Shown: piece after piece, positions 47,704-62,330 of the stretch
Layout: each line of letters begins with the position of its first letter
How positions within the stretch are numbered: the stretch's first letter is position 1
Assembly: GCF_009914755.1 (NCBI RefSeq)
Contig: NC_060929.1
Direction: 5' to 3' (one strand)
Length of the DNA stretch: 64,000 nt
DNA from: the human T2T-CHM13v2.0 reference genome, Homo sapiens
The notes under the pieces: model-generated
The model's input: only the letters and a program-made list of their open reading frames with translations
Databases searched by the model: none
What the model was told of the DNA's origin: nothing
Made by a program: the position numbers and the translations under genes

Positions 47704-48047
47704 GTGTTTTCCTGATTTTAATGTCAAAACTACAGTGTTGTTTTGGTAGGTTTGATGTGAGTTGTTCGTTTGAGATATTTCTTATTTTCTCAAATTAAGC
47801 TATTGCTTATAAGATGCACCAACTTAATAACAGCTTTTGGAGGATGGAGTGGGGAGAGGAAAAAGCTACTTAATATTAACCTTACACATTGAAAGATACT
47901 CTTATTGCAATGAAGGTAAATGTGAAACAAACGTACCTTAGAATAACTAAAGGAAAAATTATATAAAAAATTTTCCCTTCCATTGTTAGTGTCATAATTA
48001 AATACACACTCAATTGATGTAAGCAGTATCCTCACAGAAGGTAAGTT

Positions 48048-48348
48048 CTTTTTTTTTTTTTTTTTTTCCTGAGTTGGAGTCTTGCTGTGTCACCCAGGCT
48101 GGGGTGCAGTGGCACGAACTCAGCTTACTACAACCTCCGTCTCCTGAGTTCAGTCTCCTGCCTCAGTCTTCCAAATAGCTGGGATTACAGGCGCCTGCCA
48201 CCACACCCTGCTAATTTTTGTATTTTTAGTAGAGACGGGGTTTTGCCACTGTTGTCCAGGGTGGCTTCAAGCTCCTGACCTCAGGTGGCCCGCCCACCTC
48301 AACCTCCCAAAGTGTTGGGATTACAGGCATGAGCCACTGTGCCTGGCC
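48048..48348 (-). mobile_element. AluS
   Basis: Reverse-complement dimer. Confidence 0.88.
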
Positions 48349-48389
48349 AGATAAATTCTTTATACAGTATATACTTTATGATGTTCAGC

Positions 48390-49322
<933 letters not shown>

Positions 49323-49431
49323 TGTTTTATTATTTTTGAATTAATTTACTTAGCTCCTCTCTGCTTTTACTGAAGTCATCTGATGTTCTCCATCCAATCA
49401 GTGTTACGTCTCATCTCGTCTCATCTCATCT

Positions 49432-49740
49432 CTTTTCTTCTCTTTTCTTTTCTTTTTTTGATGGAGTCTTGCTCTGTCTCCCAGGCTGGAGTGCAGTGGC
49501 GCAATCTCGGCTCACTGCAACCTCCGCCTCCTGGGTTCACACCGTTCTCCTGCCTCAGCCTCCTGAGGAGCTGGGACTATGGCTGCCCGCCACCACACCC
49601 GGCTAATGTTTTTTATATTTTTAGTAGAGACGGGGTTTCACCATCTTAGCCGGGATGGTCTCGATCTCCTGACCTCGGGATCCACTTGCCTCTGCCTCCC
49701 AAAGTGTTGGGATTACACGCATGAGCCACAGCGCCTGGCC
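49432..49740 (-). mobile_element. AluY/AluSc-type
   Basis: ttagccgggatggtctcgatctcc diagnostics. Confidence 0.9.
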
Positions 49741-50568
49741 TTTTTTTTTTTTCTTTTTTTTGACAGGTGGCGAGAATTGGGTTCCTACTTTGACCTGTGA
49801 CTGTTTTGCTGCTGAGTTTCAGTGTTTCGTCATTGTTCTGTGAGTAAATGCTAAGGGGAAAGGGGCTTTGTTCTTTCACTCTCCGATGTTTCCTGAGCAT
49901 CTAGAACACTTCCTGGCCATAGTAGTGGTGCAATACTTATTCATTGGGCAAATGAGAAAATGACTGTGGGGAAACAGGTGAGAAGCTGTCAGAAGCCTCC
50001 TTTTCAGGGAAGACCTCATAAGGACAGAAAGAAGTAGGCAACAGGTCTTCTCCTGTCTTCAAAGGTGAACTTTTGCTATGACCACTCCCCGCCTCACCCA
50101 CCCACAACCACCGACCACACAGTTCGAATGGAATTCTTTCTTGGAGTTGTTGGTGGGTGACTGGTGTAAGGGACCGTTCCCTCTGAGCTCCCTGCTCCCA
50201 GGCCTGAGCTTTCAGGGCAGTGAGGCCTTCTGATCACAGAGATGCGCAGGCAGGAGCATGATGGTGGGGAGACAGGCGGGCTCCTGGAGGTGGAGAAGGT
50301 GACCGCTAGGGCAGGAGATGAGTCACTTGGATGAGGGGCTTGATGGAGGAGGTCTTGGGACAGGGGTTGAAGTAAGAAGACAGTTACTTTAGGTAAGGTT
50401 TAACTAATGGTCCTGGAAAGCTCTGAGCTTGAGCCCAGAATAGCTGAGCTGTGGCTGCTGACCGTGAGGGTGACTGCATCAGACTCTGCCTTAGGGATGA
50501 GGGGGGCCCTGTGGGCTGGTCAGGAGAGGCCCTGAAGGTGGACACCTGCCTTCACTTCATCTTCAGCT

Positions 50569-50658
50569 AGAGTCGCCAGATAAAATGCAGGATGTCCAGT
50601 TAAATTAGAATTTCACATAAATGATGAGCATATTTCTTTAGTATGAGTTTGTCCCATG
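50569..50658. mobile_element. Half of a MER53 MITE
   Basis: gccagataaaatgcaggatgtccagttaaattagaatttcacataaa...tttgtccca. Confidence 0.72.
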
Positions 50659-52395
50659 GATTTGGGACCTCTTGATTTACCCATCTCTGAGGCAGGGGAC
50701 TCCCAGGACCTGGGAGGGGCTTCTCACTGGGAAGGCAGGAAGGCGCCTCCCTCTACCCTATATCCCCCCAAAATATTCCCAGCAAAAGGGAAATCTTTAG
50801 CCGCCAATGAGCAATACCCCTCCTCCCTCATCTACTCTTGCTTCTCAAATGGAAGCATGAACTAAGCACACTCTCTACACCCTCCTCTGCTTGGGGGTGG
50901 CCTTCTGGCCAGCTTTATAGGCTCTCCTGGACACAGAGAAGAGCGTGAGGAGTGCTTACCTCCCAGCAAGCCACAGTCAGTCAGAGCAAGGTGAGGCATA
51001 GGCCCCGGAAATAGGAGTCTAGGCAGGCTGGTGGGCTTCTGTAACCTAGGGTGAGGGGCATAATCAGGATGGTGGGCTGGAAGATGAGGTGGGGAGGAGG
51101 GGCAGGCAGGAGGTGACCAGAGGCCGAGGGGAGCAGCCCGATGGTGTAGAGTGGCAGGGGCAAAGCAGGAAGGTCCTGAGCACCCCCTCCCTGGTACTTC
51201 CTCGGTGCTATCTGCTCCCAGGTGCTCTGGAAAAGCTGAAGGTCAAATTCTAACCTTCTGGGCTAGAAAGTAAGCTTTGGGAAGTAAGTGTTGTGAAGGA
51301 GACAACCTCTAGGTATTGTCACAAAGTTTGTGTTACCCTCAGATTAGCCTCATTTATTTCTGGCAGAAGGTTAAAAACTACACAAATAATTTTTATGGAC
51401 ATAATTATGTTCTCATCCCAAAATAATGTGGCACAGTTCCATAATTACTCAGAAATGATAATTGTGTGAACAGCTATTAATTAGTGAATAGCTTTGGAAA
51501 AAAGTTTCAGTAGGTTTGGGAAGCATTGCTAATAACCCATTATGATATGTCTGGGGGTCAAATCACCATGTCATGTCAAAGCGTAGATTTATAGTTCCAT
51601 TTTAAATCATTTCAAAATAATTAAGAATGTGCTGTGCATCTGAGTGGGCAGAGTTGAGGCATAAAAACCATATATCTGCATTAGGAAGGGAACGGATCAT
51701 TTCCGGCCAAAATGGAGATCAAAGCTCTTTCAACATCCATTTGGCAAGAGCACTCACATTTTATGGCTTCTCAAGAAGTATCAGTGATTTTAGATAAATA
51801 GCATTCAGCTCTTCTTTCCCTTTCCCCATGGCCTTCTTGCAAGCCAAGAGAGGAAAATTACAAATCACCAGGAACTTCTGACCTTGACTTAGAATTTCAG
51901 GTGGGAGTCCAGCCATATGCGCTCTTCCTGGCAGAGTGGGGATATTTCTACATTACTCTTTGCTGCCTTCTAGAGTGGGTCTGGGGGAGACAGCTCTGCT
52001 CTTTCCTCTGAGACAACATTCTCTTTTTGGGGTATGTGTGCTAGAATACCTTTAGCCCAGCAACCTTCCTGCCTCCCTGGAACGTTAGGGCACCTCTAGT
52101 CTTTTGGAGCCGCCTTTCCTCCTGGGCATCCTTGGAGCCCTTGTTGGGGAGGGGAAGGAAGCTGTTCCTTACTGAGTGCGGATGTGCTCCGGGCCCTCTG
52201 CTGCACACTTCATGCACATGATTGCAGCCTCCAATTGGGCAGGTACTGTTATTCCTGTGCGGCCAGGGAGGAGATGGAAGCTCAGAGAGATGAGAGGATT
52301 TCTGCAAGCTTGGGAAGGAAGCCTACAGCTGGAGGGAATCTTTAGGTTCAATATGCCATATACCCTCAGATGTTCGACCCCTCTCCCCCACTCCC

Positions 52396-52696
52396 TTTTT
52401 TTCTTTTTTTTTGAGATAGGGTCTCATTGGGTCACCCAGGCTGGAATGCAGTGGTGAACAAAGCTCACTGCAGCTTTGACCTCCTGGTCTCAAGTGATCC
52501 TCTCACCTCACCCTCCTAAGTAGCTGGGACCACAAGCCTGTGCCATCACTCCCAGTTTATTTAAAAATTTTTTTGTAGAGACAGAGTTTCGCCATATTAC
52601 TCGGGCTGATCTCCAACTCCGGGCTCAAGTGATCCTCTTGCCTTGGCCTCCCAAGGTGTTAGGAATCCAGGTGTGAGCCACGACACCTGGCCTGGC
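52396..52696 (-). mobile_element. AluJ
   Basis: Diverged dimer with ctgcagctttgacctcc. Confidence 0.87.
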
Positions 52697-53169
52697 TCCC
52701 TTTGGTGACTTACCCATGATGAGGTCATCTAGTCCAGGCTTAAACACCTTTTGTGGAGTGGTGCTCACTGCCAATGACGTGTTCCATTCAGCATAATTAG
52801 TATACACCCATTGTTTAAACCAAAAATGCATATAAAGTAAAAGATGTTGGCTTCTCCTATGCCCCTGCTAATCCTATTCCTCAGAGGAAATCACTGTCAG
52901 CAGTTGGGTGTGTATCATTCCAAATACCTTCCTACGCTATATATATGTACACTGAAAACATATCAGTAGAATCATACATACTGATGTGCTTTTTCACTCA
53001 ATAAATTGTGGATGTTCACTCAGGTGTATGTATGCACCTACATCATTCTATCTATTGTCTGTTGACCTAGCTCTCATTGACATGTCTTTCATCTCTGTTT
53101 TATCTCTTTCTATTTATTTGTATAGTTACTTCTGTCTTCCAAATATGATCTTCAAAATAGATCTTACCG

Positions 53170-53640
53170 TTTCTCTCACCTTGTCCATCTCTGATGTGGA
53201 CTATTATCATAGCCTCCTACCTGAAATCCCTGCTTCTGCCCTGGCCCTGCCCTATAGCCTGTTCTGAACCCAGCAGGTGTAGTGGGCCTTTCAAAATGCA
53301 AGTTGCATCATGTCACTTCTCTGCTCAAACCCTCTTATGGCTTCCCTCCCATCAGAGTTAAAGCCCAGCTGTCCCACAGCTTGGAGGCCATCCATGCCCC
53401 GTCCTCCTGCCGTCCTGCTCCTTGTCTTTGGCTTCGTCTTCCCATTGTTTTCTCTGCCCCTGCTGTGCTGGCCTCATTGGTGTCCTTTGGACTTGCCAGG
53501 CCTGCTGCTACCTCTGGGCCTTAGGACTTACCATTCCTACTGCCTGTAAAGTTCTTTCCAGAAATCCAGGTGGCTTGCACTCTTACTTCCTTTCAGATTT
53601 TTGTTCAAATGTCAGTGAAGGCCTTCCCTCCCTACCTCTC
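53170..53640 (+). mobile_element. L2 3' region relic
   Basis: atagcctcctacctg...catcatgtcacttctctgctcaaaccc...ttcaaatgtca. Confidence 0.7.
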
Positions 53641-53985
53641 TGTAGACTGATATGATTTCTTAAGGTGAGTTTAAAAAATCATCTACACATATACCCCAAA
53701 TCATCTACACTTACTGATGAAACAATGAAAGCATTCAAATTAAATGAGGTACTTACGTACCTGCACTGATAGTCTGGGAAGAAAGAGAAAGGACAAAGAA
53801 CTGGAGGGTCTGGAGTGGTCAGTGATTGTCCAGTGTAGCAGTAGTCTAACAAGCTGGAAAGGGAGGGTGTGGATATGGTTTGAATTAATGATACTCATAG
53901 GGGAGTATTATTGGTGGATGACAAGGTCCAAGATGGGATGCTGAGCAGCCAAGATGGAGTGAACAAGGACACTGGAGTGAGGTGG

Positions 53986-54360
53986 TGATATGGTTTGGCT
54001 CTGTGTCCTCACCCAAATTTCATCTTGAATTGTACTCCCATAATTCCCAGGTGTCATGGGAGGGACCCCTTGAGAGATAATTGAATCATGGGGGTGGTTC
54101 CCACCTACTGTTCTCGTGGTAGTGAATAAGTCTCACGAGATCTGATGGTTTTATCAGAGGTTTCTGCTTTTGTGTGTTCCTCATTCTCTCTTTGCCTGCT
54201 GCCATCCATGTAAGATGTGACTTGCTCCTTCTTGCTTTCCACCATGATTGTGAGGCTTCCCCAGCCACGTGGAACTGTAAGTACAATTAAACCTTTTTCT
54301 TTTGTAAATTGCCCTGTCTTGGGTATGTCTTTATCAGCAGCATGAAAATAGACTAACACA
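53986..54360 (+). mobile_element. THE1 (A/B-type) MaLR solo LTR
   Basis: tgatatggtttggct...gactaacaca; perfect 5-bp TSD ggtgg at 53981-53985 and 54361-54365. Confidence 0.93.
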
Positions 54361-54815
54361 GGTGGTGAAGGAAGTGAAGGTCAGGGTGCAGGTTGGGCCG
54401 TCCATGTGGATGTTGGTTGCCTAGGAGGAAGGAAGGCCTGAGGGTGGAGGGGAAGATGGGCACTAGGTGCCCAAGTCTCAGATGAGTTGCCCAACCTTGG
54501 TCAACACAGTGAGGAGGGTCCTGGTGGTGGGGAAGTAATGATGTAAGAGCAGAGAGGACAGGGACTCCACTTCCCATCCCTGAGGGCCCTGGGGAGGTGG
54601 CATCCACTGTGGAAAGCCAGGTTTCATTCAAGGCAGAGAAGGCCTGAAGGCTGGTGATATGGAAGGGTTTTGACTAGAGGCTGGTGATATGGAAAGGTTT
54701 TTAAGTTGTGGAGCTGCAGCTCTGGAAGGCCCAGTGGAAGGCTGGGGTGTTAAGAGAGCCTGTCCTACAGACTTGCAAATAGTAAAAGTCTTAATAGAAA
54801 ATTTCAGACATCCTA

Positions 54816-55112
<297 letters not shown>

Positions 55113-56334
55113 TCAGACATCCTTAATGTATTTATCATATTTATACTTATTTTCCTTCACAGTTTATCAATCTAAGTATAATTAGCATCTGATTGAGGCC
55201 AAATTCCTGCTTTCTATATACTTTATGATTCCACTGTTGTCTCAATTGGCATGTCACCTTCCAAATCTGAGTAAAAGTACCTTCTGCTCTAATTGCATCC
55301 CCTCTTTCCATAAGTTCACACCCGAATCCATGAGCCCAGCTGGGGACCAGTATCCAAGACAGCTTCCGGCTGGATTCTCCCCAGCCACCATCCTCCTGAA
55401 CAGCAGGCCCGGGGCATGGGCAGCTGTGGCAGGAGTGAGGCGCTGTCATCCACAACACTCCCAGAGAGGGCTGTTTGACCTCACGAGTGATTGCCCCAGA
55501 GACCCCATTTTTACTCATATTTCTGGGGAAATCTTACTTGAGGATCAAATGGGAGAGAGCCTATAAAAATGTTTAGCAAGTTGCTTGGTACATAGTAGGT
55601 TGTGTGTTTTGCTAGTCGAAGGCATTCTTCTGGCAGTGGGATGTCCGAGCAGCTTGTCTAGCCTTCTTGTTGCACAAACACTGCTGCTGCAGGCCCTGTC
55701 TATCAGAACTGTTGCTGTCATGGAAGAAGTTGCCGATGCACAACCATGAATCACAGTGTGAGAACTGCTCATAATTGCCTCATGTGTGTTTTCAGTTCTC
55801 AAATTTAAAACCATTTACTGCTGGGAACAGATGTTAAATTCAGGACGCTTGTCAATTGTTGGCGCGATACACAAAAAAAGATGCTTAAAATTAGAAGCCT
55901 GATTGAATTTTAAGTACAGTGATCACAGTGGTTGGAATGAAAATAATTGAAAGGGTAAACAGCTTATTGTGAGAGATGGAAGTACGCAATGGAAGGAGAA
56001 GCTGAATTTGAAATTGGAAAACTCATGATGTGGAATTGTAATAGGGATTCTACGATGATCATTAAGTTAATTAACAGTTAATTGTAATAGAAACTCTCTA
56101 ACAGCACTTAAGGAACATTAATACCAGATAGACTCATTCATAACTTAGGTGATCACAAGAAAAGCCATGTGGATTCAATAATGATAACAATGATTACTCT
56201 TATGTGTTGGGCACCTACTATGTGTCAGATAATGGACTTGAACCTGTATCTATCTGATTAGCGTTTAGACCACTGATTGTTCTTGGAGACCACGAAGAAC
56301 TGGCAGTCCCTTGCTTTGGCCAATTGAAAAAAAT

Positions 56335-56560
56335 CATGCTAAAATGACATAAAATTTACCATTTTAATTATTTTGAAGTGTAAGATTCAGTGGCATGAAG
56401 CAAGTTTACAACACTGTGCAACCATCACCACTGTCCATTTCCAGATCCTTTTCATCATTTCAAACAAACTCTGTACATATTAATATTAAACAGTAAATTT
56501 CCAGTCTCCCTCATTCGCTGGTGGCCTCTACTATTCTTTCCATCTCTATGAATTTGCCTG
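56335..56560 (-). mobile_element. L1MB-type 3' end fragment
   Basis: cataaaatttaccatttta...tgtgcaaccatcaccactgtccatttccaga. Confidence 0.75.
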
Positions 56561-56713
56561 GGCCAAATTTGGTAACACTAATGTCATCTCTACCTCACCC
56601 CAACTCCCAAACTGCTCATTGATGACAAGGTCTGCTGTCCTCATTGTGCTGATCCCTCATGGCATGCAGAGCTGGGCAGGCTGGCTGGAAACACCTCTGG
56701 ACCCCCAGAACGT

Positions 56714-57258
56714 TCTCAGAGGCATTAGAACCAGAGCAACTTCATCTTGAATAGGAGCTGGGTAAAATAAGGCTAAGACCTACTGGGCTGCATTCCCAGA
56801 CCGTTAGGCATTCTAAGTCATGGAATAATATAGGAGGTCGACAGGAGATACAGGTCATAAGACCTTGCTGATAAAACAGGTTGCAATAAAGAAGCTGGCC
56901 AAACTCCACTAAAACCAAGATGGCGACAAGAGTGACCTCTGGTCGTCCTCACTGCTACACTCCCAGCAGCGCCATGACAGCTTACAAGTGCTATGGCAAC
57001 ATCAGGAGGTTACCCTATATGGTCTAAAAAGGGGAGGCATGAATACTCCACCCCTTGTTTAGCACATCATTAAGAAATAACCATAAAAATGGGCAGCCAG
57101 CAGCCCTTGTGGCTGCTCTGCCTATGGAGTAGCCATTCTTTTATTCCTTTACTTTCCTAATAAAGTTGCTTTCAAGATGGACTTGCCCCGAATTCTTTCT
57201 TGTGCTAGATCCAAGAACCCTCTCTTGGGGTCTAGATTGGGACTCCTTTCTGGTGACA
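56714..57258 (+). mobile_element. MER41A ERV1 solo LTR
   Basis: tcagaggcattagaaccagagc...ccaagatggcgac...ccaagaaccctctcttggggtc...ggtgaca; 4-bp TSD acgt/acat; short MER41A-type junctions cactgctacactccc and ggggaggcatgaat. Confidence 0.88.
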
Positions 57259-57479
57259 ACATCACAAGGAGGTCGTTCTCAGAGAAGCCTGGACACCTGC
57301 CATCAGGCTGCGGTAGGCCTGCTTCCCCTGTGAAGGCCACGTGCTGGCTGCTGGCTGCTGGCTGCGTTCCTCATCCTGTCAGGGCTCAGGATGGAGCGAG
57401 CACGTGGAGGGTAAATCCTCCCATATTGCACACCAACTGCAGCAGCTGCTTCTAGTTTTGTGAGTGGGCTACAGCCTTC

Positions 57480-57845
57480 CTGGCTTCCAGGCATTTGGAC
57501 ATGTTGATGCTTCTTTCAAGAACACTGGCCCCTCACTGTCTCTTTTGCTTTGCAAAGCTAACTTATAATTCTTCAAGTCTTGGCTGAGAAGTTCTTCCAG
57601 GAAGCTTCACTGCTTCTGCCAGGGTGCCCCTCCTCTGCCTGGTATGGTGTCCAGCATCCTCCCAGGGTGTTCTGTGTGTCTTGTACCCCAGGTCTGATCA
57701 CACTGGGCTGCCGGCATCTGCTCACCGGTCTGTTTGTCCTCCTAGCTCAGGGGTTGTATGAGGAAGACCCAGGTCCCATTCACGGCTGCAGCCCCCATCA
57801 TTGGCACCAGGCCTGGCACATAGTTGTTATTTGGTAAGTGGGATG
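57480..57845 (+). mobile_element. L2 3' end relic
   Basis: cttccaggaagcttcactg...ccaggcctggcacatagttg. Confidence 0.65.
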
Positions 57846-58669
57846 AATCCCCTCCATAGCCTCTGCACCCCGGAGAAAAATCACAGTACGTGGCCCCTTC
57901 TCTGCCTGTTTTGACTGGCATGTGCCCGAGTTCCCATGCTCCTGTACTCACAGGGTTGCCCAAACACATGGACTTCTGGGAATAGATGTATATGGAGGGT
58001 CCATGGAGAAGTGACAGAAAGGGGAGGAGGCTGCCAATCACCCCTGCTCAGAGGCTGCACTTTGGCTCCCTGAGGAGTAAGTGTATTGTGTTGCATAGAA
58101 ATGGGTATTTGTTGAAATTCAGTGAGTTCAGGTCACGACTCAGTTTGTTTCCTTCTGAAGTTTGCTCCTCAGCTGGGATTCCTGGCTGCACATGTGAGCT
58201 GTGAGTGTCACAGTCTTGCTTGCTTCCTGTTGTGGTTGCTGGTGGACTGTGAGCAAAGTGAATTTTAATTTTCCTAAACCTACAAATGTTATTTCAGTTT
58301 GAAATGAAACAGAGATATCCTATTTCTGCCTTGTTATCTGTTTTGTGTGGTGGGTGAGAAAATTATGATGTAAATACTGTGTGTCAGGCCTGGATCTTAC
58401 ATAAAGAACTCGATGAAAAGCACCAAGAGGGTGCCAGCCATCCAGGGAAAGTTCTTGGTGATGTTGCAGAGTCCGAGTTCAAGTCTCCATTGTGAGGTCT
58501 TGACATGGAAGAAGCATGGCCAGCACTGTCCATCAGTGTGAACAGAGGACTGACATGCAGCTTGGGAAAGTCAGAGCCCCTCACGTCTCTTTCCTTTACT
58601 GAGTCCTTTCCCAAAGGTGCATCTTAGACACATGTGTCCATAAATTTGTAATTGCCACAAGGCAGTGAA

Positions 58670-58870
58670 TGATTAAGATAGAGTAGATTTGAGTTCAGGT
58701 TCTGTCACTTATTAGCTCTGTGACTTAGGGCATGTTACTTACCTATTTGGGCCTTAGTTTCCTCATCTGTAAATTGGAGGTGACAATTCCAGCCTCCTAG
58801 AGTGGTTGTGAAAACAAAATGAGACAAAGCAAGTGCTCACCACTAGGCCTGGCACAGCGTGAATGTTAAG
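58670..58870. mobile_element. MIR
   Basis: ctctgtgacttagggcatgttacttacc...gccttagtttcctcatctgtaaattggag. Confidence 0.8.
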
Positions 58871-60322
58871 TATAGGGTAGGTATAGTTTTAGTTCAGTTA
58901 CGACTTAGAATTGCTAGCACACATTGAATTTGGGTTGCAGTCTCCCATGTGCTACCAGACGGACTGGTTTCTATATTCTTTCTTCTTTCCGGAGTAGAAT
59001 CATCCGTGATTCCTATCCTGAGACTAATTTATTCTGTGATTGAATAAAACATCTTCAGGAGGGTGTTCCAGGCAGCTGTGTGCCTCCCTGCTTAGGGAAG
59101 ACTCTTCTGTCTCAGGTTATTCCTGCTTAAGGTGTTTGGCAATACAACCATGAAGGAGAAATGTTTGGTGTGGTTGGGGCAGGTAACAAAGGACTTCTTG
59201 TGGCAAGTCTGGGTGTCCCTATACTATCAATTGTGTGCTCCTCAGCAGGGGAGGGCTGTACGCACATGGGCATGTGCGCGTACATGGCCACGGAGGCCTC
59301 ACTGTGCCTGCTGGGGGCCTGGGATTTGCCCAGCTGTCTAATGTTGACTAAAGCTGCTGCTGTGACAGATGTTCTTTTGCTTAGAGATTCACTGTGGAGT
59401 ATTTAGTACAAGAACTTGGGGTAAGCAGTTACTGCTTGAAGATTCATACTCTACATTAAAACTTCTTTATTAGCAATCTGATTTAATGGGCAGATAATCC
59501 AGAGTCCTGGAGACAGTCATCTGCCACCGTTTGAACACATTTTATCAGATAATGGTGTGAGAACTGTCTGGGCAGCAGCCCTGCGGGGGCTCAAGTTGCT
59601 CTCAGAGCTCCCAGGATCTAGCAGAGGTTGTTCTTTTTTTTTAAGTGTCTAAAGGTATCCTCCGTTTCCACTTTATCTCAGTCCTGCTAGTTTTTATATG
59701 CAAAATCCCTGGTGAGTAGAGTCAGAGGGAAAGAGCTGGGCCTGGAAGTCAGGCTCTGCTGCTTATTTGCTATGTGACCATTTTGCCTCTCTGGCCTGGC
59801 CTTGTGACCATGTCACTACCTCTCATAATACAGGTTATGGAAAATTCCCTCACAGCCCCTCTGATGCAGAGTTCTGGTCTCACGGAGGAGAATGGGTGAT
59901 CACTCAGCTCTCACCACCCTTGATGAAAGTGCTCTAAGCTCCCAAAGCTTTCCATTTATCTTCCAAACAGCCAGGGTTATAGGTCTCTTGAGAGGGTTGC
60001 TGCATGGGCCTGGCTATTCTGGGGTTAGGAAACTGTTAATGGAAACAAGATGCAACGTTTGTCAAACTCCCCTTGTGTTCTGCCTCCTGGGGTCTCTCTC
60101 ATGGGTATTTTGTTCTTGGTTCTGGAAAAGTCTGAGGGATGGTAACAAAGGCAGCTGGAATGCCCATGATGCCAACAGATATGCTTCCTGCTCAGGACAT
60201 GGGAGCCTGGTTTGCTGGTTAGCCATAGAATTCTTTTCTCTTTTATATTTTCCATGGTGTGTCTCGTATATTGCCTCTTTTCAAAAGCATTAGTAGGTAG
60301 TTTTCTTAAAACAAGAAAAAGG

Positions 60323-60703
<381 letters not shown>

Positions 60704-61731
60704 TTATCTAGTTTGTCTAGCTTTGCAAAATCTTATTTATCTTGACTAATATTTCCATATTTCATCTTATTCTTCCTTATGTATTCATACATTAAATCAA
60801 TGTGCTGTGACTTGCTCTAGTAAAGTGGAACTGAAGGTCAAGAATTCAATTGCCCAGTAGCCACAGGGATACTCTTTGGTGTAACACCTGACTGGTTAAC
60901 AGATGGATTTCCGGTTATGGAATCCATCAGGGCCTTCAGTGGTCCTCACAGTTAACTCTCACAACAGAAGCGTGGCTGCTCATTTGTAAAGCCTGTATCT
61001 GCGTTTAAGTGCTTCCTCAGGCATATCCCCAGACTTGAGGGAATGGTGGCACATGTGTGCATCTGGCTTTCCATTCTCCTGCGAGAACCCCCTTCCTGGT
61101 GTCAGGAGCCATGTCTTGGTCCATAGGGCAAGGAGTGGGCCTGCAGGGCAGGCAGTGCAGGCTTATAGCAGATCACTTTGCTAAAGCTCAGAGAGCGTTG
61201 TTGGCCTGGAAAGAAGTTGTACCCAGTCGCTAGCTTTCCTCTTTCACCTGGACCCAAGCCTATAGAGGTACATGGCTCTTTGTGGTGGGGTTTGCAAGGG
61301 CATCAGAAAAGTCCCCCATTACCCTGAAACACAGGTAATTTCATTACCCTGAAACACTGTCCCCACCAACTTGCATTTGTGTTTGACATCCTAGGGCGAT
61401 ACCCTTTTTGTGTTAAGACACTACCCGCCCCCATGAGGGAGTATCCATATAACTATGACCATGGTGCTGGAGGACACTGGTGGTTCAGCTCCTTTCTCCA
61501 AGGTCAGGGCTGGGCCCTGGGACCGGTGAGGTAGAATCTCCAAAGCCATATGGGGCCTGGGAGCTTTGTCCCATGTCACACTGTCAGTTTGTTTCAGAGT
61601 GATGCAGTCCTCGCCAGCCTGGTAAAGAAGAACTTAGTCACTGAAGTGAAGGTGTTTCCTGGGGCTGCTTGACTTCGGCCCTGGGATTCAGTAAATTCTG
61701 GGATTATAAGAGCTGAAAGGGAAACTGACAA

Positions 61732-62330
<599 letters not shown>

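Noticed and set aside
59100-59190. Possible small exon (tctcag|gttatt ... gcag|gtaaca)
   Set aside because: Splice-like motifs of this quality are common by chance and there is no other support.
61451-61471. REST/RE1-like sequence aactatgaccatggtgctgga
   Set aside because: Only one half-site matches; the CTGTCC half is broken.
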